A DNA stretch of 64,000 nucleotides. Origin: Dehalococcoidia bacterium. GTDB lineage: Bacteria > Chloroflexota > Dehalococcoidia > Lucifugimonadales > UBA2985. Shown piece after piece: positions 30,421 through 39,647 of the stretch. The translations under genes and the position numbers were made by a program. The first letter of the stretch is position 1, and every line of letters starts with the position of its first letter. The notes below the pieces were generated by a model. The model did not search any database. It saw only the letters and a program-made list of their open reading frames with translations, and was not told the origin of the DNA. The DNA lies in NCBI GenBank assembly GCA_963580875.1, contig CAUZMC010000001.1, positions 793-64,792 of the forward strand, written 5' to 3'.

Positions 30421-30451
30421 GGTGACTATTGATTCATACGAGAGAGGCCAA

Positions 30452-31681
30452 ATGGAAGATGGTGTTGAATGTGACATCAGAAAACTCATAGTCGAGCATG
30501 GCAAGATCACCTTTGCCGATTTCATGGAGGCGGCTCTTTTTTTGCCGCCTGGAGGTTACTATACCTCAAGAAATCATGCTAAAGAGAAGGATTACTACAC
30601 CGCACCTGTAGCTCACCCTGTCTTTGGTGCTTTGGTGGCGCTGCAATTGAAGCAGATGTGGGAACGCATGGGCTCGCCATATCCATTCTATGTGTTGGAG
30701 GTGGGTGCAGGTAGTGGTGTACTTGCCGGGGACATTCTGGCGTATTCATCATCACTGCAATCAGGGTTTTCAGATGCTCTTGAATATATAGGGATAGATT
30801 ACGATGTGCTCAAAGGATCTCCAAATGGTGCCCATTTAATTAAGGCAAACGGACTGCCGTTTAGGGATGTGGTCGGCTGTGTTCTTTCGAATGAGTTGTT
30901 TGATGCCTTCCCAGTTCACCGCTTTGCCATACAGGATGGACGTGTCAAAGAAGTCTACGTCACATTGAAGGAAGATGAGTTTACGGAAATCCTTGAAGAT
31001 CCTTCTACTCCGCGGCTGGAACAGCGGCTATCCTGCCTTGGGTTTGACCTGCCAGAGGGTTTCATGGGAGAGGTAAATCTGGCTATGGACGACTGGATAA
31101 ATGATCTTTCACAGGTTCTAGAACAGGGGTTTGTACTCACCTTCGATTACGGCCATGTGGCGGAGGATATGTACTCGTCAGTGAGGGCGCGCGGCACACT
31201 GCGTTGCTATTATAGACACATTCTTGAAGGCAACCCATATCGGAGGATAGGGCTACAGGACATCACGGCCCATGTTGATTTTACGTCTCTAATGCGCTCT
31301 GGAGAAGAGCATGGACTGGCTTCAGTTGGCTACACTACACAAAAAGAGTTCCTGTTGAATATGGGTTTTCGGGGATTCCTGGAATCCATTGGTGAGCGAC
31401 AGCTACCACAAAGAGAACTGGACGCTAACCGTATGGGTATGCTGGAGCTTGTCAAAGACGGAGAGATGGGCGATTTTAAAGTGTGTGTCCAGGCGAAGGG
31501 CTTTGGCTACGATAGTAAGCTACTTGGTTTTGATACAGACAGTCCTTTGAGAATGAGCAAAGACAAAAAACTTCCTGCTCTACCTCTTCTATCTACGGAG
31601 CATCTTGACCTAATGGCAGGCCGTTACCCTCACCTTTCCTTGGAGTGGGAGGGCCTGTGGCCCTTTGGGGAAGAGGGATAG
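30452..31681 (+). CDS. MidA/NDUFAF7-family SAM-dependent methyltransferase (DUF185)
   Basis: Motifs 'GKITFADFMEAALF.PPGGYY', 'F.T.P......FG' and 'EVGAGSGVLAGDIL'. The start is set at ATG 30452 because TTG 30419 overlaps the upstream terminator. Confidence 0.8.
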   Translation: MEDGVECDIRKLIVEHGKITFADFMEAALFLPPGGYYTSRNHAKEKDYYTAPVAHPVFGALVALQLKQMWERMGSPYPFYVLEVGAGSGVLAGDILAYSSSLQSGFSDALEYIGIDYDVLKGSPNGAHLIKANGLPFRDVVGCVLSNELFDAFPVHRFAIQDGRVKEVYVTLKEDEFTEILEDPSTPRLEQRLSCLGFDLPEGFMGEVNLAMDDWINDLSQVLEQGFVLTFDYGHVAEDMYSSVRARGTLRCYYRHILEGNPYRRIGLQDITAHVDFTSLMRSGEEHGLASVGYTTQKEFLLNMGFRGFLESIGERQLPQRELDANRMGMLELVKDGEMGDFKVCVQAKGFGYDSKLLGFDTDSPLRMSKDKKLPALPLLSTEHLDLMAGRYPHLSLEWEGLWPFGEEG

Positions 31682-31779
31682 TAGGCAACTTGCTGTACTA
31701 GTAGTTGGATACTGTTACGTTTGTGGAAGTCAGATTTGACGATTTGCAGAGTATTGGTATGTATTTACAGTAACGTCAT

Positions 31780-32442
31780 CTAGTCTAGCTGCTTTTTTAG
31801 TAATCTGACAGCAGCTTCTATCCCATCGGCGTGATCGAAAATCGCTGAGCCTGCCACCACCACCTGTGCTCCCGCCTTTGCCACCAGAGGTGCAGTATTG
31901 GCGTTTATGCCACCGTCTACCTCCAACTCAGCTTGAATTCTCCTCTGCTCCATGAACTGACGCACATTGGCAATCTTCTGAGGGCTTTCGGTGATGAACT
32001 TTTGGGCAGGGAGCCCTGGGTTCACGGTCATCACCAGTATTTGGTCGAGTAACTGTAGTACTTCTTCAATGCTTGTCACTGAGGTGCCCGGGCTTATAGC
32101 TACTCCTACCTTGGCTCCGTACTCTTTTATCTGTGTGATGGTCCAGTGCAGCTGGGTGCATGCCTCAGCGTGGATCGTGATTATGTCTGCTCCAGCATCC
32201 AAGAATGAGGCGATGTGACGTTCTGGTTGCTCCACCATCATGTGTACGTCCAATGGTAAATCAGTCCACTTTTTTATGGCCTCTACTGTACGCGGCCCCC
32301 AGGTGAGTCCTGGCACAAAGTGTCCGTCCATTATGTCCACGTGTATGAGGTCTGCCCCAGCTTTGGTGACTTCTGTTACGTGTTCACCAAGGCGTGCGAA
32401 GTCCGCTGACAGTATCGATGCAGCCAGCTTGATACTGCTCAT
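31780..32442 (-). CDS. rpe: Ribulose-phosphate 3-epimerase
   Basis: The start 'MSSIKLAASILSADFARLGE' and the motifs 'HVDIMDGHFVPGLT', 'DVHMMV' and 'MTVNPG' are present. Trimmed to ATG 32442, which overlaps the upstream gene's stop (ATGA). Confidence 0.92.
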   Translation of the reverse strand: MSSIKLAASILSADFARLGEHVTEVTKAGADLIHVDIMDGHFVPGLTWGPRTVEAIKKWTDLPLDVHMMVEQPERHIASFLDAGADIITIHAEACTQLHWTITQIKEYGAKVGVAISPGTSVTSIEEVLQLLDQILVMTVNPGLPAQKFITESPQKIANVRQFMEQRRIQAELEVDGGINANTAPLVAKAGAQVVVAGSAIFDHADGIEAAVRLLKKQLD

Positions 32443-32975
32443 CGCGGCCACCTGGTTTTCGGGTCTATGTCGTAGAGTAGTTGTTGTAGTGAGGATTGGT
32501 ATTTTGCCTCGTGATGCCATCCAGAGAAATCGAGGACATGGGTTGCTAGTACATCTGATTTCTGTTCATGCTGCCATTCGTTCAGCATATAGTCGTCAAG
32601 GCGTATGGGAAATAGTACGTCTCCATTCAACAATTCTGGTTCCATGTCGAGCGTTGCCGCACGCTTTTTGCGACGGTTGTTTGCAGTTCTGATAATGGAT
32701 TCTTTTTGTAAGGCATGTTCAATCTCCTTAGGGACCCCATCCATTTTCAGGGAGTTTTGTGAACAGATTGGTAACATTTTATCGTCGTCCTTAATCGGCC
32801 GGCCAATCGTAGACCATACCTTTCTTCCTACAACTGTGTCTTGTATGTATTCCCAGCATGGCATGCCTATGGCATTCAAATCTTTACATAGACGTGTAGC
32901 CAACTCTGCATCTACGGATGAGTAGCTCACGAAGCAACGGTAGTGTTTTCTCTCGCTGTTTATTTGTGTTACCAA
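32439..32975 (-). CDS. Standalone TIR-domain protein (178 aa)
   Basis: TTG start 6 nt after the argH stop, with GAGG upstream. 'YRCFVSYSSVDAELATRLCKDLNAIGMPCW', 'LPICSQNSLKMDGVPKEIEHAL', 'LFPIRLDD' and 'DFSGWHHEAKYQSSLQQLL' follow the bacterial TIR (TIR_2-type) layout, including a candidate catalytic Glu. No second domain is present. Confidence 0.7.
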   Translation of the reverse strand: MVTQINSERKHYRCFVSYSSVDAELATRLCKDLNAIGMPCWEYIQDTVVGRKVWSTIGRPIKDDDKMLPICSQNSLKMDGVPKEIEHALQKESIIRTANNRRKKRAATLDMEPELLNGDVLFPIRLDDYMLNEWQHEQKSDVLATHVLDFSGWHHEAKYQSSLQQLLYDIDPKTRWPR

Positions 32976-32981
32976 TCCTGT

Positions 32982-34355
32982 TTACCTCGCTATCAACGGT
33001 GTATCAAGAATTTGATGAGCCTCTTTTACTGCTTCTTCAACTCTCAGTTGGTTGGTGCCTCCTGGCACATCGCGGCTGGCGATGGATGAGTTAGCGTTTA
33101 TGGCGTATATGTCCTCATTGAAATTTGGAGAGAGTTTTTTGTACTCTTCCAGTTCCAATTCTGCTAGACCCTTGCCGTTGGCATCGGCATAGCGCACCAA
33201 CTTGGCTACGATACCGTGTGCGGTGCGAAATGGCTCGCCCTTACCAACAAGGTAATCGGCAAGGTCTGTGGCTAAAATGTTGCTATCCCGTGCGGCCGCT
33301 CGCGTTCGATCGGCGTTGATTGTCAGTGTGCTAATCATGCCGTTAAATGCATCCAGTGTGCTCAGTAGAGTATCCACTGTGTCAAAGAAGCCTTCCTTGT
33401 CCTCTTGGAGGTCACGGTTGTATGTGAGGGGTAGTCCCTTGAGTATGGTCAGTATTCCAATAAGGTGGCCGTAGACACGGCCAGTTTTGCCGCGAGCCAG
33501 CTCTGCAAAGTCAGGGTTGCGTTTTTGTGGCATGATGCTGCTGCCTGTGGTGTAGTCATCGTCCAGGCGAATGAATCCGAACTCCTGTGATGACCAGAGC
33601 ACAAGTTCCTCTCCTAGGCGTGAGAGGTGCATCATGCACGTGGCGGCGTCGGCGTGGTACTCCACGAGGAAGTCTCTGTCCGCAACGGCGTCCATGCTGT
33701 TCTTACTTATCTCGCGGAATCCCAATTCTTTTGCAACGAACTCACGGTCTAAGGGGTACGGAACTCCGGCTAGAGCGCCGCTACCGAGAGGAAGTACGTC
33801 GGTTCTATACAAGCAGTCCTGGAGTCGCTCCCTGTCTCGCTGAAGCATATGAAAGTAGGCTAGTAGGTGATGTGATAACAGGACTGGTTGGGCGCGCTGT
33901 AGATGTGTGTATCCAGGAATAACCACGCCATGATTAGCCTCGGCGGTGGCAAGGAGAGTAGCTTGAAGCGTTTTTAGTATTTTCTGTGTGTTACCTATGG
34001 CCTCTTTGCAGTAGAGGCGCATATCTGTGGCCACTTGGTCGTTGCGGGAACGGCCCGTGTGGAGCTTGCCAGCCACATCGCCTATTTTTTCAAAGAGGCG
34101 GGCCTCTATGTTCATGTGTAGGTCTTCCAAGGTCTCTTTCCATGGGAAAGAGCCTTCATCGATCTCATGCTGGATACTGTTAAGTCCACTGTCGATAAGC
34201 TCAGCGTCCTTGTCGGTGATTATGCCCTGTTTTGCCAGCATACGGGCGTGTGCCATTGACCCGGCCAGGTCCTGTCGGTACAGACGGCGGTCGTAGTGGA
34301 TGGAGGCGGTATAGGACATAGTTCTTTTTTCGTTGGACATTGGTTTGTTATTCAT
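32982..34355 (-). CDS. argH: Argininosuccinate lyase
   Basis: Motifs 'HTGRSRNDQVATD' and 'GSSIMPQKRNPD' form the fumarate-lyase signature. Confidence 0.95.
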   Translation of the reverse strand: MNNKPMSNEKRTMSYTASIHYDRRLYRQDLAGSMAHARMLAKQGIITDKDAELIDSGLNSIQHEIDEGSFPWKETLEDLHMNIEARLFEKIGDVAGKLHTGRSRNDQVATDMRLYCKEAIGNTQKILKTLQATLLATAEANHGVVIPGYTHLQRAQPVLLSHHLLAYFHMLQRDRERLQDCLYRTDVLPLGSGALAGVPYPLDREFVAKELGFREISKNSMDAVADRDFLVEYHADAATCMMHLSRLGEELVLWSSQEFGFIRLDDDYTTGSSIMPQKRNPDFAELARGKTGRVYGHLIGILTILKGLPLTYNRDLQEDKEGFFDTVDTLLSTLDAFNGMISTLTINADRTRAAARDSNILATDLADYLVGKGEPFRTAHGIVAKLVRYADANGKGLAELELEEYKKLSPNFNEDIYAINANSSIASRDVPGGTNQLRVEEAVKEAHQILDTPLIAR

Positions 34356-34383
34356 TACGGGAGATTAACAGTATTTCAGTTAA

Positions 34384-35607
34384 TTATTCTATGTACTCGT
34401 TCAGTCTGGGAAGCTCAAGCGGCTGGATTTTAGCCTGGATACGTCCGGCAAGTCCGTAGATGTGTATGAATCCCTCTGAGGCGCGATGATCGAAAATGTC
34501 TCCAGCATCGTATGTTGCAAGGTTGTGCTGGTAAAGGGAGGAAGGTGAACTTCTGCCCACAACCGTGCAGTTGCCTTTGAAAAGCTTCAGACGGATTGTG
34601 CCTGTGACGTAGCGTTGTGTGCTTTTCACGTAGGCATCCAAGTCTTGGTGGAAGCCCGTGTACCACAGACCATTATACACATGCTCGGCGTATTCCTGGG
34701 ATACTTTCTCTTTCAATCTAAGCTGGTCCCTGCTCAGTGTGATACTTTCCAACGCCCGGTGAGCTGCATGCAGCACAGTTGCCGCGGGTGCTTCGTAGAC
34801 TTCCCTGGATTTTATGCCTACAAGCCTGTCTTCCAGATGGTCAATACGTCCGACACCGTGTTCTCCTGCAACTGCGGCCAACTGTTCTATTAGGGCGACT
34901 CCATTCATATTTTTGCCGTCCAGTGCCACAGGCACTCCCTGATTGAAAGACACTTCAAGGTAAATGGGAGTTTGGGGTGCATTTTCTAGAGACTTAGTTA
35001 GTGAATAGGCTTCCTCCGGCGGTTCCTGCCAGGGGTCTTCCAGGTTCCCGGCCTCAACGCTGCGACCCCACAGGTTTTCATCTATAGAATATGGACTTCG
35101 TTGTGTCAGATCAAGGGGTACATTTCTGCTCTGGCCGTACTGAATTTCCTCATCCCTGGTCATATGCCATTCCCTGGCAGGAGCGATTATACGAAGAGAT
35201 GGATCCATACCAGCAATGCTGAGATCAAAGCGCACCTGGTCGTTGCCCTTGCCTGTGCAGCCGTGTGCCACTGCCTCGGCCCCTTCCCTGTGGGCGACAT
35301 CCAGTAGATATCTGGCTATCAATGGACGTCCTAGGGCTGTTGCCATTGAGTATTGACCCTGGTAGATGGCGCCGGCCTGCAAGGCAGGGAATACGAAGTG
35401 ACGCACGAAATCTTCCCGGCCTTCTACAATAAGGGCCTTAAGTGCACCTGCCGCAAGAGCTCTCTCTTGTACGTCCCTTCTTCCCTTTGCTCCACCCAAG
35501 TTTGCCGTGAGAGTTATGATTTCGGCATCGTAATGTTCTTTCAGCCATGGAATAGCAACTGATGTATCAAGGCCACCGCTGTATGCCAGGACTACTTTAA
35601 TTGTCAC
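34384..35607 (-). CDS. argG: Argininosuccinate synthase
   Basis: Motifs 'VLAYSGGLDTS' and 'AHGCTGKGNDQVRF'. Confidence 0.95.
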   Translation of the reverse strand: MTIKVVLAYSGGLDTSVAIPWLKEHYDAEIITLTANLGGAKGRRDVQERALAAGALKALIVEGREDFVRHFVFPALQAGAIYQGQYSMATALGRPLIARYLLDVAHREGAEAVAHGCTGKGNDQVRFDLSIAGMDPSLRIIAPAREWHMTRDEEIQYGQSRNVPLDLTQRSPYSIDENLWGRSVEAGNLEDPWQEPPEEAYSLTKSLENAPQTPIYLEVSFNQGVPVALDGKNMNGVALIEQLAAVAGEHGVGRIDHLEDRLVGIKSREVYEAPAATVLHAAHRALESITLSRDQLRLKEKVSQEYAEHVYNGLWYTGFHQDLDAYVKSTQRYVTGTIRLKLFKGNCTVVGRSSPSSLYQHNLATYDAGDIFDHRASEGFIHIYGLAGRIQAKIQPLELPRLNEYIE

Positions 35608-35638
35608 TTTGAATGGTTCTCCTTACAGATTGGATTGT

Positions 35639-36829
35639 CTAGCTGTAAACTACTTTGCTAAATGCTATCTCAAACCGCTCTAGCGCCGTGTCAACCTCCT
35701 GTTGACTCACGTTCAGTGGAGGCATGAAGCGGATGGCATTGGGCCGGACGGGGTTGAGAAGCAGTCCTTCTTCATTGCAAAGCGATACCATTTGTCCTGA
35801 GATATCGCTGCTGAACTGTACTGCAATGAGAAGTCCCATACCGCGAACTTCCGTGATGAGTTCGTGTCTGGAGGCAATGGCATTAAGGCCATCTCTAAGG
35901 TGCTGACCTACTGTTTCGGCATAAGCCGGAATATCATTCTGGACTACGTGATCTACAACAGCGAAGGATGCAGCACACGTTAGAGCGTTACCTCCGTATG
36001 TGGAGCCGTGGTCTCCGGGGGCCAGCAGGCAGAATTTCTCTTTGGCCATGAACGCACCTATTGGTACGCCGCCGCCAAGTCCCTTGGCCAGTGTAATTGC
36101 ATCTGGTTCTACCCCAAAACGCTCGTAGCCAAACAGGGTGCCCAGGCGCCCGATGCCCGTTTGCACCTCGTCCAGGACCATCACCAAGTTCTGTTCATCG
36201 CACCACGCGCGTACCTGCTTTAAGTAATCCATTGATGGGACGATGACGCCTCCCTCTCCCTGTACGGGTTCAAGCATGACGGCGCATGTGTTGCTGTTGG
36301 TGGCTGCTTTGATGGCTTCGATATCGTTGTAGGGCACATTTACAAAGCCAGGAGCTAGGGGTTGCCACTGTTCCTGATAGCTGGGCTGGCCTGTGGCTGC
36401 CGCCATGGTCAGCGTGCGTCCATGAAAGGAGTTTAGTGCTGTTATGATTTCGTATGCTCCGTTTCGGTTGATCTTGCCGTACTTGCGGGCCAGTTTGACG
36501 GCTCCCTCGTTGGCTTCCGCACCGCTGTTGCTGAAGAAGATACGGTCTAGGCAGCTGTTTTCTACTAGAAGCTGGGCCAACTTAACCTGGGGTATGGTAT
36601 AGAATTGGTTGGAGGTCTGCATCAAGGTGTGAGCCTGTTCCTCAATGGCGCTGACCAGAGATGGATGACAATGTCCAAGAGTATTGACTGCCCAACCAGA
36701 TGTGAAATCTAGATACTCTTTGTCGTTTTCGTCCCAAACTAACGTACCTTTCCCTTTCACAATCACCACCGGTTGACGTCGAGCCACCTGCATATAGTAC
36801 TTATTTTCTAGATCAATCAAGTTGCTCAT
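35639..36829 (-). CDS. argD: Acetylornithine aminotransferase
   Basis: Class III aminotransferase with 'SNSGAEANEGA', 'DEVQTGIGR.G' and the 'LAKGLGGG' PLP-Lys region. The call also rests on arg-operon context. Confidence 0.9.
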   Translation of the reverse strand: MSNLIDLENKYYMQVARRQPVVIVKGKGTLVWDENDKEYLDFTSGWAVNTLGHCHPSLVSAIEEQAHTLMQTSNQFYTIPQVKLAQLLVENSCLDRIFFSNSGAEANEGAVKLARKYGKINRNGAYEIITALNSFHGRTLTMAAATGQPSYQEQWQPLAPGFVNVPYNDIEAIKAATNSNTCAVMLEPVQGEGGVIVPSMDYLKQVRAWCDEQNLVMVLDEVQTGIGRLGTLFGYERFGVEPDAITLAKGLGGGVPIGAFMAKEKFCLLAPGDHGSTYGGNALTCAASFAVVDHVVQNDIPAYAETVGQHLRDGLNAIASRHELITEVRGMGLLIAVQFSSDISGQMVSLCNEEGLLLNPVRPNAIRFMPPLNVSQQEVDTALERFEIAFSKVVYS

Positions 36830-39642
36830 TTTTCTCCTTCTGATATGGACTTTATCATCTGTTTCAAGTTCGTTGCTAGTTGGTTTAGAGTCTGCTGAAT
36901 GTCCTCTATGGATTGCCGTATGTCTTCGATTTGCTGTTGCTCTGTGTCATACGTGTGTAGTGACGTAGTGTCGCCACCATCTGAATCAGGTCGTTTTTCC
37001 AGAAGTGCGTCAAGAGCGCTTTGGAAATCGCCCTTCATAACAACTCGTTTGGCATCGGCTACAATCACCTGCTTAAGTTCCGGGAATGTTATGTTATCTG
37101 CCTGTATGTAAAGAGGCTCAACGTACATTAAGAACTTTTCCCCTTCATGCTCAATGGGGGTGACAAGCAGATTGCCTCTGATGCATCTGGCACCCCTTTG
37201 GCACAGCAGAGTGAACTGCTGTTTGATTGTGAAATCCTGGTCTATGCGTGCTTCTATCTGTTCTGGTCCGTCCACTTGAATGCCTTTTGGAAAGAAGAAC
37301 GCTTTTAGGCTACCATACTGCCCACGGTCGTTGTCCATACGGGCGGCCAACCATGCCACCTGATTTGGCTTGTTGAGTGGGGTGAATGGGAGCATGAGAA
37401 CAAATTCTTCCTTCTCCTCGCCCGGAAGCTTCATTATGACATGGTATGGCTGTATTGGCTGCATTGTTTCAAAGAATAGTTCCTGTGGTATGCTCCATGG
37501 GTCTTCTTTGCGATAAAAGTCGGTGGTGTCTTTCATATGGTATAAGAGGTATTTTTCAGCCTGTATGGAGAAGAAGTCACGTGGATAGCGAATGTGAGAT
37601 TGCAGGTCTTTAGGCATCTCTCTCCCTGACTTGAATAGGCCCGGGAATATATTTGAATAGGTCTGAATTAGTGCATCCTCTTCGTCAAAGATATAGAAGT
37701 CTACCTCACCTGTGTAGGCGTTGACTACTGCCTTTACGCTATTTCGGATGTAGTTGAAATCATCGCGGTACGGGTCTGAGTATGGATAATGATCTGTGAC
37801 GGTATAGGCATCCTGAATCCACCATAAATTGCCTTCGCTCACTACTATATATGGGTCTGAGTCCAATCGCAGGAATGGAGCCAATTGTTTTACTCTATCC
37901 TGGATTAGTCGCCTGTACTGGATTCTGCTCTCGGATGATATAGCTCCGCTGATTAGGATGTTGATGTCTACGAACTCCAATGCATAGGCTAGTCTGTGAG
38001 CCACAGAACTGAGCTGTACCCCGCCGCCGCCATCGTATTTATACTCTGTGTTGGCGACTGGGTTCGAATCTATAGCAGGGAAATCGAATTCTGGTTCCTT
38101 GGACTTGACTATGACATAGTTTGCGCTGTTCTCTCCATAGTAGATCTGTGGTTGTGTTATCTGCGGGACGAGCCCTTCTAGTGACTCCGTAGCTGCTTTT
38201 GGGGGAATGTCTTTAATGTAGAATTCAGGTTTCCCTTCGGCTGTGAACTCCGTCGTCGGGCTCATGGCTATCCCGAAGCCATGAGTGAATTGGAGTCGGC
38301 TATTTACCCAGGACTGTGATTCCTGTGGCAGATCCTCAGGGAAAAGCTCACGCGCTCCTAAGACCACCTGGCGAATTTCTCCATTTATGTTGTAGCGGTC
38401 TATATCCACTCCCACGAACCGATAGTAAGCTCTGAAGAACTGAATCTGGTTGTATATGCTCGTGAGCGGGCGGCGGTCCCACAACCGCACGTTGTTAATT
38501 GTTCCAGGATTGGCTGCCACAGCTTCCGCGGATAGAGGGGCTAGCTCGCCAGCTCGACTTCCTGTATCTATGGTGGCCAGATCGTAATCTTCCTCAACGA
38601 TGCGGTCTAGGGCGAAGCCATGCCGTGTGAATTCTAGGTGGTGAGGAATATAAGCGCGTTCCTTGTCCAATTCGTTGGGATCTACTTGGAAGCGTTGTAC
38701 AAGAGATGGGTAAATTGCCCCCACTATTATGGCCGCCGTAATCCACAAACCAAGACCGCCCACGATTATTCGAGGAGATCGGAAATAGGCGTTGGTAAGG
38801 AGCAGTACTCCTATCATGCTGCCTATAGCAATAAGAATATAGAGTGTTGGGAGACGTGCGTGTAGGTCGGTATATGAGGCACCGAAGATAGCTCCGCTGG
38901 AGGAAAACAGGAGTTCGTAGCGGTCCATCCAGTAGCTCCATGTTATAACTAAAAGCAGCAGGCCCAATAGAATTGAAGCGTGACTCATTGCATGATTAAT
39001 TGTCTGAGTTAAGTTTATTCCGCTTAGTTTTATTTTGATGAGGTATATTGAAATTACAACTAATATTGTTGTTGTTATGGCTCCAAGCAACCATCCCTGA
39101 ATAACATTTAACATTGGTAACGTGAACACGTAGAAAGACACGTCATTGTGGAATACTGGGTCATCTGTGTTGAACTGGACATTGTGGATGAACTTAAGCG
39201 CCGTTTCCCATTGACTGCTCGCTATGGCACCGAAGATAATGGCCAGCAGGAAAATAATTAGCCACGTGCCCCACGTAAAAAGGCACTTCATCCAATCCTG
39301 AACAGCGAGCGACAAGGATATTGTCGGCTCACCCTTGAAGTTTTTGTATGCGAACAAGGTGTTTGGTATGATGATAGTCGTAAAGCCCAAGGCCCCAAAG
39401 AAAAAGAGCCACAGCTTGGTGCCCACAATCTTCATGTAGACGCTGCTGTAGTCGAGTGCCTCGAACCAGAGCCAATTGGTGAATAGCTGTCTCAGTATGT
39501 TTAGGAGGACGAGGAATAGTATTAGGCCAAAAACTATCAGTCCCCACTTCAACATCCGGGTTGAATCAAAAGATATAACAGACCTTCTGGTTTCTCCATT
39601 GTGGAATGGCGACCAGTCCTGATCGCCTTTGAAGCTAGACAT
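36826..39642 (-). CDS. UPF0182-family large membrane protein (COG1615-like, uncharacterised)
   Basis: 938 aa with about 7 N-terminal hydrophobic helices, then a large soluble region and a coiled-coil, Gln/Glu-rich tail. The architecture and size match the UPF0182 family known from Actinomycetota (for example Rv3193c). Its stop overlaps the argD ATG (ATGA), and its start lies 5 nt after the argB stop. Confidence 0.7.
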   Translation of the reverse strand: MSSFKGDQDWSPFHNGETRRSVISFDSTRMLKWGLIVFGLILFLVLLNILRQLFTNWLWFEALDYSSVYMKIVGTKLWLFFFGALGFTTIIIPNTLFAYKNFKGEPTISLSLAVQDWMKCLFTWGTWLIIFLLAIIFGAIASSQWETALKFIHNVQFNTDDPVFHNDVSFYVFTLPMLNVIQGWLLGAITTTILVVISIYLIKIKLSGINLTQTINHAMSHASILLGLLLLVITWSYWMDRYELLFSSSGAIFGASYTDLHARLPTLYILIAIGSMIGVLLLTNAYFRSPRIIVGGLGLWITAAIIVGAIYPSLVQRFQVDPNELDKERAYIPHHLEFTRHGFALDRIVEEDYDLATIDTGSRAGELAPLSAEAVAANPGTINNVRLWDRRPLTSIYNQIQFFRAYYRFVGVDIDRYNINGEIRQVVLGARELFPEDLPQESQSWVNSRLQFTHGFGIAMSPTTEFTAEGKPEFYIKDIPPKAATESLEGLVPQITQPQIYYGENSANYVIVKSKEPEFDFPAIDSNPVANTEYKYDGGGGVQLSSVAHRLAYALEFVDINILISGAISSESRIQYRRLIQDRVKQLAPFLRLDSDPYIVVSEGNLWWIQDAYTVTDHYPYSDPYRDDFNYIRNSVKAVVNAYTGEVDFYIFDEEDALIQTYSNIFPGLFKSGREMPKDLQSHIRYPRDFFSIQAEKYLLYHMKDTTDFYRKEDPWSIPQELFFETMQPIQPYHVIMKLPGEEKEEFVLMLPFTPLNKPNQVAWLAARMDNDRGQYGSLKAFFFPKGIQVDGPEQIEARIDQDFTIKQQFTLLCQRGARCIRGNLLVTPIEHEGEKFLMYVEPLYIQADNITFPELKQVIVADAKRVVMKGDFQSALDALLEKRPDSDGGDTTSLHTYDTEQQQIEDIRQSIEDIQQTLNQLATNLKQMIKSISEGEK

Positions 39643-39647
39643 TGCCT

